Source of the DNA: Rickettsia endosymbiont of Bradysia coprophila
GTDB taxonomy: Bacteria; Pseudomonadota; Alphaproteobacteria; Rickettsiales; Rickettsiaceae
Direction of reading: 5' to 3'
NCBI GenBank assembly: GCA_019468145.1
Contig: JAHXDM010000002.1
Location: forward strand, 262,757-294,756
Length of the DNA: 32,000 nt
The notes below the pieces were generated by a model. That model worked only from the letters and a program-made list of their open reading frames with translations. It was not told the DNA's origin and did no database searches. This document shows, in pieces, positions 1-10,844 of the stretch; the first letter of the stretch is position 1, and every line of letters starts with the position of its first letter. A program made the translations under genes and the position numbers.

Positions 1-1
1 G

Positions 2-655
2 CTGTATGACGACGGAGTTATTTTGCTTGAAAAACAAAAATATTCGCAAGCGGCTGATCAATTTTCCAGAATTTTTTATCAAGATCCTGGTAATAAAGCG
101 GCTCCGCAAGCTGAATTAATGCAGTCATATTCTTTATTTTTAGCAGGGCAGTATGATGAAGCCGTGGATGTCTTGACTACCTTTATCAAACTTCACCCAA
201 TGAATGCTGATATCTCTTATGCTTATTATTTAAAAGCCTTGTCATATTATATGCAAATATCTAATACCCAACTTGATCAATCAAGGACATTTTTGGCGAA
301 AGAAAGTTTTGAAGAAGTCATAACTCTTTTTCCAGGTACGCGATATGCTGTTGATGCAGCCTTAAAAATTGATTTAGTTAATGATCATTTAGCGGGCAAA
401 GAAATGGATTTAGGTCGTTATTATTTGCGGAAGAACAACCCAATAGCCGCTATTAATAGATTTCAAGTGGTAGTAGATAATTATCAAACTACTTCCCATA
501 TAGCAGAAGCGCTGTATCGGTTAGTGGAAGGGTATTTGATGCTAGGGTTACCTGAACAAGCTAAAAAATTTGCTGCAGTACTAGGCCATAATTATCCTCA
601 GAGTAATTGGTATCGATATGCTAATACATTAATTAACCATTCCTTAAAAGGATAG
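2..655 (+). CDS. bamD: Outer membrane assembly lipoprotein BamD/ComL, 5'-truncated by window edge
   Basis: TPR-like protein with AAPQAELMQSYSLFLAGQYDEAVDVL and YQTTSHIAEALYRLVEGYLMLG; the frame is open back to the window start (LYDDGVILLEKQKYS), so the listed TTG start at 23 is probably not the real start. Confidence 0.85.
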   Translation: MYDDGVILLEKQKYSQAADQFSRIFYQDPGNKAAPQAELMQSYSLFLAGQYDEAVDVLTTFIKLHPMNADISYAYYLKALSYYMQISNTQLDQSRTFLAKESFEEVITLFPGTRYAVDAALKIDLVNDHLAGKEMDLGRYYLRKNNPIAAINRFQVVVDNYQTTSHIAEALYRLVEGYLMLGLPEQAKKFAAVLGHNYPQSNWYRYANTLINHSLKG

Positions 656-656
656 G

Positions 657-2375
657 ATGTTACAAAGTCTTTCGGTTAAAAACTTTATTCTGATAGACGA
701 AGTAGAAATTGAATTTGAGACAGGTTTGTGCGTAATTACCGGGGAAACAGGAGCAGGAAAATCTATTCTCCTTGATGCGATTTTATTTTCATTAGGAGGC
801 AAATTTTCAGATGATATAATAAAACATGGGAGCGATTATTGTGTAGTCACCACGATTTTTACCTTAAATGATAATTTAAAAAAACTTTTAGAACAATTTG
901 ATATTGAATATGATGGAGAATTGCTGATAAAACGTATTCAAAAATTGGGTAATCGCAAAAAATTCCTGATTAATGATCAAGTAGTTACTCAAAATACTTT
1001 ACAACAAATAGCCGGGCATTTATTTGAATTGCATGGTCAAAATAATCATACTTCATTGCTTTCTCCTTCTTCTCATCTCAATATTTTAGATAATTATGGG
1101 GATCTTCTGGATTTAAAAGCTGAATTGAATAAATATTATAATATTTATCAGGAAATCACTAAGGAGACAAATAAAATTCAGCAAGGTAAAGAGGCGATAG
1201 ATAGGGAGATTGGTTATTTAACTTTTATAATTGAAGAATTAACAAGCTTGGACATTCAAGAAGGAGAAGAAGAAAAGCTGGTAAATATAAGGCGTAACTT
1301 GCAAAATCGTGAGAAAGAATTACGTGCTACGGAAGATATTCTTTCCTATCTAGAGAATCCTAATTTAAGCAACTTAATCAATAGCGCCCAACGTTTAATA
1401 ACGCGCCAGTTATCCAACAATGAAGAATTTCTAGTGATTTCCGCAAATTTAGATGATTGTGATACTAGTTTAGAAGAAGCTCGTATTAAGTTACAAAATA
1501 TTATTAATAAGTTTGAGGCGAATGAATTTAATATCGAAGAAATAGAGCAGCGATTATTTACCTTAAGGGCTAAAGCTCGTAAATATAATATTTCGTGTGA
1601 TTTGATTCCGCAATTCCTTAAAAATTCTAAAGAGCAGTTAAAGATTTTAAAAGATCAAATTAATAATATTAAAAGTTTGGATAGTAGTAGAGGGGAGAAA
1701 TATCAGGAATATTTTAGATTAGCGTCAATTTTATCACAAAAAAGAACATTTAGCGCAAAAAAGTTAGAAATAGCTATTAAAAAAGAGCTAGTACAACTTA
1801 AAATGGAAAAGACAGTTTTTAAGGTAGAAATTGTTTCGAAGAGTATCGTTCCAAAAAATAATGTATCTTCCAGTGAGTTGGAGGCCAAGAATATAGGAGA
1901 GAAGTGTGATAATCAAGCTGTAATATATAAGGATGGAATTGATAATGTCCGGTTCTTAGCTACCACTAATCCTGGTATGGAGCCTGCTTCTATTGATAAA
2001 ATTGCCTCTGGAGGGGAATTATCACGCTTTATGTTAGCAGTAAAAACTTGTCTTTTTGATAAATTATTAGTTGATACTATAATTTTTGATGAAATAGATA
2101 CGGGTATTGGTGGGGTTGTAGCGGATAAAATAGGGGAAAGACTAAAGAATCTTAGTTCTTTAGCGCAGGTAATTGTGATTACTCATCAACCACAAGTAGC
2201 AGGCAAAGCAAGTCAGCATATTTTGGTTAGTAAAACTCACTATGATCGGGGTACTAAGGTGGCTATCAAAACTTTAAATATTGATGAAAGACAACAAGAA
2301 ATTGCTCGGATGATCTCAGGTAAATCTATTACTAAAGCCAGTTTAATAGCTGCAAAGGAATTATTAATAAGTTGA
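657..2375 (+). CDS. recN: DNA repair protein RecN (SMC-like ATPase)
   Basis: N-terminal LSVKNFILIDEVEIEFETGLCVITGETGAGKSILLDA (Walker A) and C-terminal DEIDTGIGGVVADKIGERL...QVIVITHQPQVAG. Confidence 0.95.
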   Translation: MLQSLSVKNFILIDEVEIEFETGLCVITGETGAGKSILLDAILFSLGGKFSDDIIKHGSDYCVVTTIFTLNDNLKKLLEQFDIEYDGELLIKRIQKLGNRKKFLINDQVVTQNTLQQIAGHLFELHGQNNHTSLLSPSSHLNILDNYGDLLDLKAELNKYYNIYQEITKETNKIQQGKEAIDREIGYLTFIIEELTSLDIQEGEEEKLVNIRRNLQNREKELRATEDILSYLENPNLSNLINSAQRLITRQLSNNEEFLVISANLDDCDTSLEEARIKLQNIINKFEANEFNIEEIEQRLFTLRAKARKYNISCDLIPQFLKNSKEQLKILKDQINNIKSLDSSRGEKYQEYFRLASILSQKRTFSAKKLEIAIKKELVQLKMEKTVFKVEIVSKSIVPKNNVSSSELEAKNIGEKCDNQAVIYKDGIDNVRFLATTNPGMEPASIDKIASGGELSRFMLAVKTCLFDKLLVDTIIFDEIDTGIGGVVADKIGERLKNLSSLAQVIVITHQPQVAGKASQHILVSKTHYDRGTKVAIKTLNIDERQQEIARMISGKSITKASLIAAKELLIS

Positions 2376-2414
2376 ATATATAAAGATAAACGTAAGATTG
2401 ATATGAAAATACTC

Positions 2415-2523
2415 TATACTCCTCTAATATGAATTTGCATGAGTTATTACTTCAATGCTCTCCTAGATTTTGACTCAGCTCTGCCCTCAGGCAAGGCAGT
2501 AAAATCATCTGAAGAGGAGTATA
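2415..2523. repeat. Palindromic dispersed repeat, copy A (intergenic recN/rlmB)
   Basis: TATACTCCTCTAATATGAATTTGC ... GGCAGTAAAATCATCTGAAGAGGAGTATA; 10-bp terminal inverted repeat TATACTCCTC/GAGGAGTATA; matches copies at 19990 and 28363. Confidence 0.85.
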
Positions 2524-2543
2524 TTGTTTCGGGAAGTGAAGAT

Positions 2544-3290
2544 TTAAGGGACTGAAGATAAATAAAAGGCGATAGAAGCAGCGTTTGATACATTGAGGCT
2601 TTCTACTTTATTTGATATGGCTATTCTCGCTAACTGATCACATGTTTCTTTTACTAATGACCTAATACCTTTATCTTCAGAACCAAGCACTATCGCTATT
2701 TTTCCTGCGAGCATCTTGCTGGTTAAAATGTGGTCTGCATAACCATCTAGACCTATGATCCAAAAATTTTGTTTTTTCAAATATTCTAATATTCGTGTTA
2801 TATTAGTTACTTTAAGAACCGGGACTATTTCAAGAGCTCCAGAAGCTGTTTTAGCTATTAAGGCGTTTTCAGCAGGGGTATTATCCTTTGGCAATATTAT
2901 AGAGCTAATATTAAAAGAGGCGGCGCTGCGAATAATTGCTCCAATATTATGCGGGTCGGTGATTTGATCAAGAATTACGATTTTACAATTAGGATTTTTT
3001 ATGTTAATATCTTCAATATGATTTAAAAATATAGTTTGAACGTAAGCTGCTATTCCCTGGTGATTTTGCTTTAAACCAAAAAGACGCATTAAAGATTCCA
3101 TTGTTGTAATCTGATAGGCAAAATTAGAGATTAATTGTTGGTTAGAATTAAAAATCTCTTCTGTGCATAAAATATTTTGTATATGGCGTTTAGGGTTTTG
3201 AAGTGCGGCCAGGACCGTATGTTTCCCATATATATAATGGAAGTTTTTAGAAGATTTGTGTTTATTTGACATCTTAAGTAAACCGAACAA
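2544..3290 (-). CDS. rlmB: TrmH/SpoU-family 23S rRNA (guanosine-2'-O) methyltransferase, RlmB-like
   Basis: YGKHTVLAALQNPKR, LDQITDPHNIGAIIRSAASFNISSIILPKDNTP, IVLGSEDKGIRSLVKETCD, NVSNAASIAFYL: SPOUT 2'-O-methyltransferase motifs. Confidence 0.88.
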   Translation of the reverse strand: MFGLLKMSNKHKSSKNFHYIYGKHTVLAALQNPKRHIQNILCTEEIFNSNQQLISNFAYQITTMESLMRLFGLKQNHQGIAAYVQTIFLNHIEDINIKNPNCKIVILDQITDPHNIGAIIRSAASFNISSIILPKDNTPAENALIAKTASGALEIVPVLKVTNITRILEYLKKQNFWIIGLDGYADHILTSKMLAGKIAIVLGSEDKGIRSLVKETCDQLARIAISNKVESLNVSNAASIAFYLSSVP

Positions 3291-3300
3291 GAATTAATTC

Positions 3301-3327
3301 TTGACACAAAGTACTATTTATTATAGA
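3301..3327 (+). promoter_or_regulatory. Candidate sigma70-like promoter for the tRNA/tuf transcript
   Basis: TTGACA (3301-3306) followed by TATAGA (3322-3327), spacer 15 nt (short); upstream of tRNA-Tyr. Confidence 0.35.
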
Positions 3328-3488
3328 AAGTTACAACTGATAAACGTTTTGGGTATATAAAATTTAATGTGGGCTTCATTAGCGGGCTTCAAGAAAAATG
3401 AGTAAGGTAGCTTATTTACTCTTCTTGTGCTTTTTAAGAGTTGTGCTTTACGTTTTGTTGAACTATTTAATACTTGCGTAAGTTCTGC

Positions 3489-3574
3489 GGAGGAATGGCC
3501 GAGTGGTCAATGGCAGCAGACTGTAAATCTGCCCGCGTAAGCGTACGAAGGTTCGAATCCTTCTTCCTCCACCA
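3489..3574 (+). tRNA. tRNA-Tyr (anticodon GUA), CCA encoded
   Basis: GGAGGAA/TTCCTCC acceptor stem, anticodon loop ctGTAaa, long variable arm, GGTTCGAATCC T-arm, encoded CCA. Confidence 0.97.
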
Positions 3575-3596
3575 CACTGGTTTTTAGGTGAAATAC

Positions 3597-3670
3597 GCGG
3601 GTGTAGCTCAATGGTAGAGCCCCAGCCTTCCAAGCTGGTTGCGTGGGTTCGATTCCCATCACCCGCTCCA
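3597..3670 (+). tRNA. tRNA-Gly (anticodon UCC), CCA encoded
   Basis: GCGGGTG/CACCCGC acceptor stem, anticodon stem CCAGC/GCTGG with loop CTTCCAA, GGTTCGATTCC T-arm, encoded CCA. Confidence 0.97.
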
Positions 3671-3764
3671 AGAGTGTAAGTAAAATAGTTGGAAATTGGG
3701 TAATTTGTTGTTTATTAATTAGTTAAATTGTATTAAACCTTAATATTTGTGGAGAAAATAAATT

Positions 3765-4949
3765 ATGGGAAAAATGAAATTCGAGAGGTTAAAACCTCAT
3801 TGTAATATAGGAACTATAGGTCACGTAGATCATGGTAAGACCTCTTTAACAGCAGCAATAACTATTGTGCTCGCCAAAGATGGCGGAGCGAAAGCTAGAA
3901 AATATGATGAAATTGATGCTGCTCCTGAAGAGCAAGCAAGAGGGATTACCATCTCTACTGCTCATGTGGAATATGAAACTAAAGCAAGGCATTATGCGCA
4001 CGTCGATTGTCCTGGTCACCAAGATTATATAAAAAATATGATTACTGGAGCGGCTCAAATGGATGGTGCTATCTTGGTAGTGTCTGCTGCTGATGGTGTT
4101 ATGCCTCAGACTAAAGAGCATGTGTTGCTTGTTAAACAACTTAACGTTACCCACATAGTTATTTTTTTAAATAAAGTGGATATGGTAGATGATCCTGAGA
4201 TGATTGAACTAGTTGAGGAAGAAATAAGAGATTTATTGAAAGAACATGGTTATGATAGAGACAATACCCCAATTATTAAAGGTTCGGCTCTGCAAGCTTT
4301 AGAAGGAAAACCTGAAGGAGAAGCAGCAGTTAAAGCTTTGATGGATGCAGTTGATGAGTTTATACCACAACCTAAGAGAGATACGGACCGTCCTTTTTTA
4401 ATGCCTATCGAGGATGTCTTCTCTATTTCTGGAAGAGGGACAGTTGTTACTGGACGAATTGAGAAAGGGATGGTAAAAGTTGGGGAAGAAGTAGAAATCG
4501 TGGGTATTAAAGATCTTCAAAAAACAACTTGTACGGGTGTAGAAATGTTCAAGAAGTTGCTGGATCAAGGTGAAGCAGGTGATAATGTTGGAATATTATT
4601 ACGAGGCACTAAGAGAGAAGATGTTTGTAGAGGTCAGGTGCTTGCTAAACCTGGGAGTATCACTCCCCACAATGAATTTGAAGCAGAAGTATATGTGCTT
4701 ACTACCAAAGAAGGGGGGCGTCATACAGCTTTTACAACTAATTACCGTCCGCAATTCTACTTTAGAACCACTGACGTAACTGGGGAAATTACTCTATTGG
4801 AAGGTAGAGAAATGATTATGCCAGGTGATAATGCAAAATTAAAGGTGACATTAATTGTACCGGTGGCGATGGAAGAAGGTTTACGTTTTGCTATCCGAGA
4901 AGGTGGTAGGACTGTAGGTGCGGGAGTGGTTACTAAGATCTTAAAATAG
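3765..4949 (+). CDS. tuf: Translation elongation factor EF-Tu
   Basis: [58 protein letters not shown]; full-length 394 aa. Confidence 0.98.
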   Translation: MGKMKFERLKPHCNIGTIGHVDHGKTSLTAAITIVLAKDGGAKARKYDEIDAAPEEQARGITISTAHVEYETKARHYAHVDCPGHQDYIKNMITGAAQMDGAILVVSAADGVMPQTKEHVLLVKQLNVTHIVIFLNKVDMVDDPEMIELVEEEIRDLLKEHGYDRDNTPIIKGSALQALEGKPEGEAAVKALMDAVDEFIPQPKRDTDRPFLMPIEDVFSISGRGTVVTGRIEKGMVKVGEEVEIVGIKDLQKTTCTGVEMFKKLLDQGEAGDNVGILLRGTKREDVCRGQVLAKPGSITPHNEFEAEVYVLTTKEGGRHTAFTTNYRPQFYFRTTDVTGEITLLEGREMIMPGDNAKLKVTLIVPVAMEEGLRFAIREGGRTVGAGVVTKILK

Positions 4950-4988
4950 ATATTTTTAAGCATCTTTAGGTAAAATATACTCAAAATT

Positions 4989-5025
4989 AGAATACCGTTT
5001 GTTAACCGTTTTAAGAAGGTATTCT
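4989..5025 (+). terminator. Candidate hairpin downstream of tuf
   Basis: AGAATACC (4989-4996) / GGTATTCT (5018-5025), perfect 8-bp inverted repeat; weak T-rich tail. Confidence 0.45.
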
Positions 5026-5042
5026 CTCATTTTGCTAGCTAG

Positions 5043-5082
5043 TTTGGTATAATTGATAAAAAATCATCCTATACCAAATTTT
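5043..5082 (+). terminator. Candidate Rho-independent terminator between tuf and rpsJ
   Basis: TTTGGTATA (5043-5051) / TATACCAAA (5070-5078), perfect 9-bp stem with inner GAT/ATC pairing, followed by TTTT. Confidence 0.55.
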
Positions 5083-5177
5083 AGATGGTGAGGGAGCTTT
5101 TTTAAAAGATTTTAAAGAGATAGAGGAATTAATTATGGTGTACGGTTGTACCCTGCTGTTTATCAAAAGGTTAGTTA

Positions 5178-5507
5178 ATGAAGAATAATCAGAAAATTGA
5201 AATCCGCTTAAAGTCATTTGATCATCGTGCACTGGAACGGGGTACTAAAGAGATAGTGGGAGCTGTTAAGCGTAGAGGAGCCGATTCTGACGTTATTGGT
5301 CCCATACCACTGCCCAGGAGGATTGAAAGATTTACTGTGAATAGATCTCCACATGTTAATAAAAAATCAAGGGAGCAATTTGAGATTAGAATTCAGAAGA
5401 GGTTGATAATAATAAATTACCCAACCCCGCAGATTGTAGATGCTTTGAAAAAAGTAGATTTGCCTGCTGGTGTTGATGTTGAGATTAAGTTAGTGAGTGT
5501 TGAATGA
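5178..5507 (+). CDS. rpsJ: 30S ribosomal protein S10
   Basis: [21 protein letters not shown]...[31 protein letters not shown]. Confidence 0.97.
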   Translation: MKNNQKIEIRLKSFDHRALERGTKEIVGAVKRRGADSDVIGPIPLPRRIERFTVNRSPHVNKKSREQFEIRIQKRLIIINYPTPQIVDALKKVDLPAGVDVEIKLVSVE

Positions 5508-6151
5508 TGAGAACTGGTTTAATTGCTAAAAAAATTGGTATGACCATGATCTTTGATGACAAAAATGAAAAAAGTGCTGTGACTTTTTTGCAAGTTGAAG
5601 ATTGTCAAGTAGTTGGTCATAAAACTCTTGAAAGAGATGGTTATAATGCTCTGATTATCGGAGTAAAAAATAAGAAACTTTCTAAAGTAACAAAACCATT
5701 GAAACAAGTTTTTGCTAATAATAAAGTTCCTCCTAAAGAAAAGCTAAAAGAGTTTAGGATCTCACAAGATTACTTTGTTGAAGTGGGCGCCGAGTTGTAT
5801 GTTGATCATTTTGCGGTTGGGCAATTTATAGATGCTGTGGGTATTACTATTGGTAGAGGTTTTGCAGGTGGTATGAAAAGGCATAATTTTAGGGGGCTTG
5901 AAGCTTCTCATGGCGTGTCAATATCTCACCGTTCTCATGGTTCTACAGGTGGAAGACAAGATCCTGGTAAAGTGTTTAAAGGCAAGAAAATGGCTGGGCA
6001 TATGGGTAGTACTAGAGTAACTGTTCAGAATTTAAGAGTAGTTATTACTAATAAAGAAAAAGGGATTATAGCAGTTAGGGGTAATGTTCCTGGCTCAGAA
6101 GGATCTTACATCTATCTCCAAGATGCTGTTAAGAAAACTGTAGTAGGATAA
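5504..6151 (+). CDS. rplC: 50S ribosomal protein L3
   Basis: [65 protein letters not shown]. Confidence 0.97.
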   Translation: MMRTGLIAKKIGMTMIFDDKNEKSAVTFLQVEDCQVVGHKTLERDGYNALIIGVKNKKLSKVTKPLKQVFANNKVPPKEKLKEFRISQDYFVEVGAELYVDHFAVGQFIDAVGITIGRGFAGGMKRHNFRGLEASHGVSISHRSHGSTGGRQDPGKVFKGKKMAGHMGSTRVTVQNLRVVITNKEKGIIAVRGNVPGSEGSYIYLQDAVKKTVVG

Positions 6152-6156
6152 AATAT

Positions 6157-6780
6157 ATGAAAGCCGAATTAATAAATCTTGAAAATAAAACGGTCGGTGA
6201 AGTTGAATTAAACAGTGAAATATTTGCTATAGACTATATTAGAGATGATATTATTAAACTTGTTGTTGACTGGCAATTGCTTAAAAGAATGTCTGGTACC
6301 CATCATACTAAAACTATATCGCAAGTATCTGGTACAACAAAAAAACCTTTTAAACAAAAAGGGACAGGAAACGCAAGACAAGGTTCTTTAAGATCAGTAC
6401 AAATGAGAGGAGGCGGTGTTTCGCATGGTCCGGTCGTTCGAAGTCATGCTATAAAATTACCTAAAAAGGTTAGAAAATTAGGCTTAAAACATGCTTTATC
6501 GGGTAAATTTGCTCAAGGAAAATTATTAGTGGTAGATTCTTTAAAATTAGATCAATATAAAACGGCTAACTTGCTGAAATTATTAAATAATTTTAATGGC
6601 AAAAGCTATTTTATGGTTAGTGGAGATGAAGTTGATATTAATTTTGCATTAGCTGCAAAAAATATTCCTAATGTAGTTTTAGTGCCACAAATTGGAGCCA
6701 ATGTGTATGATATAATACGTCATGACTATATCTTATTATCCCAAGAAGCTGTCGGGGCTTTAGAAAAGAGGTTGAAGTGA
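6157..6780 (+). CDS. rplD: 50S ribosomal protein L4
   Basis: KPFKQKGTGNARQGSLRSVQMRGGGVSHGPVVRSHA motif and operon position. Confidence 0.96.
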   Translation: MKAELINLENKTVGEVELNSEIFAIDYIRDDIIKLVVDWQLLKRMSGTHHTKTISQVSGTTKKPFKQKGTGNARQGSLRSVQMRGGGVSHGPVVRSHAIKLPKKVRKLGLKHALSGKFAQGKLLVVDSLKLDQYKTANLLKLLNNFNGKSYFMVSGDEVDINFALAAKNIPNVVLVPQIGANVYDIIRHDYILLSQEAVGALEKRLK

Positions 6781-7073
6781 AATCTTATAAACATTATGAT
6801 CTAATCAGGTTTCCTGTTATAACTGAAAAGTCAACTATTTTAGCGCAGCAAAATAAATTCACTTTTCATGTAGCTGGTAAGGCCGAAAAAGCGTCTATTA
6901 AAATAGCGATTGAAGAAATTTTTCAAGTAAAGGTTGAAAAAGTTAACATCATGAATGTTAAAGGTAAGAAAAAGAGATTTAAAGGTGTTAATGGTCAACA
7001 ATCTGATAAAAAGAAAGCGATTGTGACATTAGAAAAAGATTATACTATCGATTTTAGTGGAGGTATTAAATAA
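6777..7073 (+). CDS. rplW: 50S ribosomal protein L23
   Basis: [51 protein letters not shown]. Confidence 0.95.
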   Translation: MKSYKHYDLIRFPVITEKSTILAQQNKFTFHVAGKAEKASIKIAIEEIFQVKVEKVNIMNVKGKKKRFKGVNGQQSDKKKAIVTLEKDYTIDFSGGIK

Positions 7074-7894
7074 TGGCTTTAAAAACTTTTAATCCCGTTA
7101 CTCCTTCTCTTAGAGAATTAATACAAGTTGATAAATCTAGCCTTTCAAAAAATAAACCTTATAAACCTTTAACTAAAGGGCTAACTAAAACGGGTGGTAG
7201 GAATAATTTGGGGCGTACTACCTCTTGGCATAGAGGGGGAGGGCATAAGAGGCTTTACCGGATAATTGATTTTAAAAGAAATAAACTTGATATTTTTGCT
7301 ACAGTTGAAAGAATTGAATATGATCCGAATAGGACTTCATTCATTGCCTTGATTAAATATGATGATGGTGTTTACTCTTATATTTTAGCTCCGCACAAGC
7401 TTGTGATAGGTGATAAAATAATCTCAAGTAATGAAGCTGATATTAAAACTGGCAATTGTTTACCCCTGAAATTTATTCCTGTAGGAACCACCTTACATAA
7501 TGTGGAAATGAAGATCGGTAAGGGGGGGCAATTAGCAAGATCAGCTGGCACTTCCGTTGATTTAGTAGGGAAAGATGCAGGTTATGCTCAGCTTAAGCTT
7601 CGGTCTGGGGAGTTTAGATTAGTACCATTAGATTGTAAGGCCTCGATAGGAGCTGTTTCAAATCCTGATCAAAAAAATATCAATTTAGGAAAAGCGGGGA
7701 GAAATAGGTGGTTAGGTTGGAGACCACATGTGCGTGGTGTTGCAATGAATCCAGTAGATCACCCCCATGGTGGTGGTGAAGGGAAAACATCTGGAGGTCG
7801 CCATCCAGTGACTCCATGGGGGTTTCCAACTAAAGGGAAGAAGACTCGTAAGAATAAGCTTACATCAAAATTTATTATTAAACGAAGAAAGTAA
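7073..7894 (+). CDS. rplB: 50S ribosomal protein L2
   Basis: [57 protein letters not shown]. Confidence 0.98.
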   Translation: MALKTFNPVTPSLRELIQVDKSSLSKNKPYKPLTKGLTKTGGRNNLGRTTSWHRGGGHKRLYRIIDFKRNKLDIFATVERIEYDPNRTSFIALIKYDDGVYSYILAPHKLVIGDKIISSNEADIKTGNCLPLKFIPVGTTLHNVEMKIGKGGQLARSAGTSVDLVGKDAGYAQLKLRSGEFRLVPLDCKASIGAVSNPDQKNINLGKAGRNRWLGWRPHVRGVAMNPVDHPHGGGEGKTSGGRHPVTPWGFPTKGKKTRKNKLTSKFIIKRRK

Positions 7895-7907
7895 TTAGGT
7901 AGTAAAT

Positions 7908-8186
7908 ATGGCACGTTCAGTTTGGAAAGGACCTTTTGTAGATGGTTATCTAATAAAAAAGGTGCAAAAACTAATTGATTCTGGTAAATCAGTAATGATT
8001 GAGACCTTTTCTAGAAGGTCGACTATTTTACCATTTTTTGTGGGTATAACGTTTTCTGTGTATAATGGAATGAAATTCATCCCAGTGACTGTTACGGAAG
8101 AAATGGTTGGGAGAAAATTAGGGGAATTTTCTCCGACTAGAACATTTCACGGCCATGGGGCAGATAAAAAAGTTAAGAGAAAATAA
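7908..8186 (+). CDS. rpsS: 30S ribosomal protein S19
   Basis: [46 protein letters not shown]. Confidence 0.97.
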   Translation: MARSVWKGPFVDGYLIKKVQKLIDSGKSVMIETFSRRSTILPFFVGITFSVYNGMKFIPVTVTEEMVGRKLGEFSPTRTFHGHGADKKVKRK

Positions 8187-8188
8187 AT

Positions 8189-8548
8189 ATGGTGAAGGTG
8201 AATAATAATTCGGCAACAGCAATCGCGAAATCTTTGAGGGTAAGTCCTAGAAAACTCAATTTATTGGCCACTTCTATCAGGAACATGAAGGTTTCGGAGG
8301 CATTAGTACAGCTTACATTCTCACCGCGCAGGATTGCTAAAGATGTTAAGAAATGTTTGCAATCTGCGGTAGCAAACGCCGAAAATAATTTTGGTTTAGA
8401 TATTGATATATTATTTGTGACATCTGCAACAGTGGGTAAAGCTTTAGTAATGAAAAGAATTATGCCAAGAGCCAAAGGAAGAGCAGCAAGAATTAATAAA
8501 TTTTTTAGTAATTTATATATTACAGTTACTGAAGTGGAGAGGGATTAA
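8189..8548 (+). CDS. rplV: 50S ribosomal protein L22
   Basis: [49 protein letters not shown]. Confidence 0.95.
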   Translation: MVKVNNNSATAIAKSLRVSPRKLNLLATSIRNMKVSEALVQLTFSPRRIAKDVKKCLQSAVANAENNFGLDIDILFVTSATVGKALVMKRIMPRAKGRAARINKFFSNLYITVTEVERD

Positions 8549-8551
8549 AAT

Positions 8552-9208
8552 ATGGGGCAAAAAGTTAATCCACATGGTTTTAGAGTGGGGCCAACTTTAA
8601 TAAAAGGTTGGGATTCGGTGTTGTATGCTGAAAAGCAATATAAAATTTTATTCCTTCAGGATTTAAATATTCGGGCTATAATTGATAAAAACTATGTACC
8701 AGCACAAGTTAGTAGAATTTTAATAGAAAGACCTTCTAATAAAAGTGTTATAATTAATATTTTCGCTAAAAATCCGAAAATGATCATTGGAAAAGGTGGG
8801 AATGATATTGACAAACTAAAAAAAGATGTACAAAAAATTACGACATTAGAAGAGATATACATTAATATCCATGAAGTAAAAAAACCTAATATAGATGCTG
8901 TTATTATTGCTAAGACAATTGCTATGCAGCTTAAAAAAAGAGTCTCTTTTAGAAAAGCTATGAAAACTGCTATCCAAGCTTGTTTGAAACAGGGTGCTTT
9001 AGGCATAAAAGTAGCTTGTTCTGGCCGTTTAGCTGGTGCTGAAATAGCAAGGACGGAGAGATATAAAGAAGGGAGAGTTCCGCTGCATACTTTAAGAGCT
9101 GATATTGACTATTCGGCAGCTGAGGTCATAACAACTTATGGTGTTATCTGTGTAAAAGTATGGGTTTACAAAGGTGATCATGTTGAGATCAGAAAAAAAC
9201 ATAATTAA
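8552..9208 (+). CDS. rpsC: 30S ribosomal protein S3
   Basis: [15 protein letters not shown] domain [49 protein letters not shown]. Confidence 0.97.
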   Translation: MGQKVNPHGFRVGPTLIKGWDSVLYAEKQYKILFLQDLNIRAIIDKNYVPAQVSRILIERPSNKSVIINIFAKNPKMIIGKGGNDIDKLKKDVQKITTLEEIYINIHEVKKPNIDAVIIAKTIAMQLKKRVSFRKAMKTAIQACLKQGALGIKVACSGRLAGAEIARTERYKEGRVPLHTLRADIDYSAAEVITTYGVICVKVWVYKGDHVEIRKKHN

Positions 9209-9223
9209 TATTGAAGAAAAATA

Positions 9224-9634
9224 ATGTTAGCTCCAAAAAAACAAAAATTTAGAAAAGCTCATAAAGGAAGAGTTCCTTCAAAAGCTAAAGCGGGCACTAT
9301 GTTAGCGTTTGGTTCTTTTGGTTTAAAGTCTTTAGATGGCTTAAGGGTTACTGCAAGACAAATAGAAGCCGCAAGAAAAGCAGCTATTCGTTGTATGAAA
9401 AGGCAAGGAAGATTATGGATTAAGATTTTCCCTGATTTGCCTGTCTCTAAAAAGCCAGCAGAAGTTCGAATGGGGAAAGGGAAGGGTTCACCTGAGTTTT
9501 TTGCTGTAAGAGTAGCTCCTGGCAGAATAATGTTTGAAATTGAAGGTGTAACAGAAGATATCGCAAATAGAGCATTGGAACTGGCTAGTGCGAAATTGCC
9601 CGTTAGGACAAAGATAGTGAGGCGTTATGAATAA
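9224..9634 (+). CDS. rplP: 50S ribosomal protein L16
   Basis: [64 protein letters not shown]. Confidence 0.97.
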   Translation: MLAPKKQKFRKAHKGRVPSKAKAGTMLAFGSFGLKSLDGLRVTARQIEAARKAAIRCMKRQGRLWIKIFPDLPVSKKPAEVRMGKGKGSPEFFAVRVAPGRIMFEIEGVTEDIANRALELASAKLPVRTKIVRRYE

Positions 9635-9839
9635 TCCTAGAATATCTACTAAAGAATTGGTAGGACAAACAACAGAAGAACTTAATAAAAAACTATTTTT
9701 GTTTAAAAAAGAGCTATTGAATCTTAGATTTCAGAGAAAATTAGGAGAATTAAAAAATATTAGCAGATTTTCTGTTGTAAAAAAAAATATAGCTCGTATT
9801 AATACAGAATTAACAGTAAGATTAAAAACTGGAGAATAG
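9627..9839 (+). CDS. rpmC: 50S ribosomal protein L29
   Basis: [37 protein letters not shown]; operon position. Confidence 0.92.
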   Translation: MNNPRISTKELVGQTTEELNKKLFLFKKELLNLRFQRKLGELKNISRFSVVKKNIARINTELTVRLKTGE

Positions 9840-9844
9840 AGAAA

Positions 9845-10078
9845 ATGCCAAAAAGAGTATTGCAGGGTGTAGTAGTTAGTGCTAAAACTGATAAAACAAT
9901 TAAAGTTAAAGTTGAACGGAGATTTAAACACCCTATATACAAGAAAATTGTAAGAGTCTCTAAAAAATATACTGCTCATGATCCAGAAAATACCTATAAA
10001 GATGGGGACAAAGTTAGTATAATAGAAAATCGGCCTATTTCTAAGACGAAATCTTGGGTAGTACTAGTAGGAGAATAG
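9845..10078 (+). CDS. rpsQ: 30S ribosomal protein S17
   Basis: [49 protein letters not shown]. Confidence 0.96.
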   Translation: MPKRVLQGVVVSAKTDKTIKVKVERRFKHPIYKKIVRVSKKYTAHDPENTYKDGDKVSIIENRPISKTKSWVVLVGE

Positions 10079-10145
10079 TTTTTTCTCTGGACTTGAATGG
10101 CGTATTTTATTGTGTTATTAAATATCTTTAGTGAGAAATTAAGTT

Positions 10146-10514
10146 ATGATTCAGATGGAGAGCACCTTAAAGGTTACAGATAATTCTGGAGCTACAATGG
10201 TGAAATGTATTAAAGTCCTTGGTGGGTCGCATCATATGATAGCAGATCTTGGGGATGTTATCGTAGTATCGATAGTAAAAGCATTACCGAGGAAAAAAGT
10301 AAAAAGCGGTGAGGTACATAAAGCATTAATTGTTAGAACAAAAAAAGGGGTTAGAAGAGCAGATGGTAGTACCATTAAGTTTGGTTCTAATGCAGTAGTG
10401 CTTTTAGATAAACAAGGGGAACCAATAGGTACAAGAGTGTTTGGTACAGTAACCCGAGAATTAAGGGCGAAGAAATTTGTTAAAATTATGTCGCTTGCAG
10501 AGGAGGTATTGTAA
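10146..10514 (+). CDS. rplN: 50S ribosomal protein L14
   Basis: [44 protein letters not shown]. Confidence 0.97.
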   Translation: MIQMESTLKVTDNSGATMVKCIKVLGGSHHMIADLGDVIVVSIVKALPRKKVKSGEVHKALIVRTKKGVRRADGSTIKFGSNAVVLLDKQGEPIGTRVFGTVTRELRAKKFVKIMSLAEEVL

Positions 10515-10844
10515 ATGATAAAACTGAAAGTAAGAAAAGGTGATGAAGTTATTGTTATTACAGGAAAAAATAAAGGAAAAAAAGGGAAGATTATAAAAAT
10601 TTTTCCTGATGAAAATAAAGCTCTGGTGTCGGGCGTAAATATTGTGCGTAAGCACACTAAAGCCAGTCAAGTAAGTGATGGGGGAATTATAGCTAAGGAA
10701 TTACCTATTCATATTTCTAATATTGCTCATATAGATCCTAAGTCTGGTGCTCATACTAAAGTTGGTTTTAAAATTTTAGAAGATGGTTCTAAAGTTAGAG
10801 TGGCAAAAAAATCTGGTGAAATTATTGGTAAGGATGGTAAATAA
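10515..10844 (+). CDS. rplX: 50S ribosomal protein L24
   Basis: [28 protein letters not shown] (KOW motif), [13 protein letters not shown]. Confidence 0.96.
   Translation: MIKLKVRKGDEVIVITGKNKGKKGKIIKIFPDENKALVSGVNIVRKHTKASQVSDGGIIAKELPIHISNIAHIDPKSGAHTKVGFKILEDGSKVRVAKKSGEIIGKDGK

Noticed and set aside
1703-1888. Antisense or overlapping short ORFs listed in the track (e.g. 1703-1888, 2755-2967, 3846-4154, 4570-4779, 4757-4984, 5519-5707, 8173-8475, 8692-9006, 9731-9979, 10232-10657, 11050-11244, 12122-12505, 14179-14535, 15022-15324, 17127-17420, 21015-21203, 22947-23177, 26743-26928, 29112-29651)
   Set aside because: They are shadows of well-supported genes on the other strand or frame, with no recognisable family or independent expression signals.
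3765-5177. Absence of rpsL-rpsG-fusA upstream of tuf as a novel rearrangement
   Set aside because: Separation of tuf and fusA is, to my knowledge, an already described feature of Rickettsia genomes.
5035-5232. Minus-strand 65-aa ORF over the tuf-rpsJ spacer
   Set aside because: Covers the terminator hairpin and the rpsJ start; composition is better explained as non-coding.
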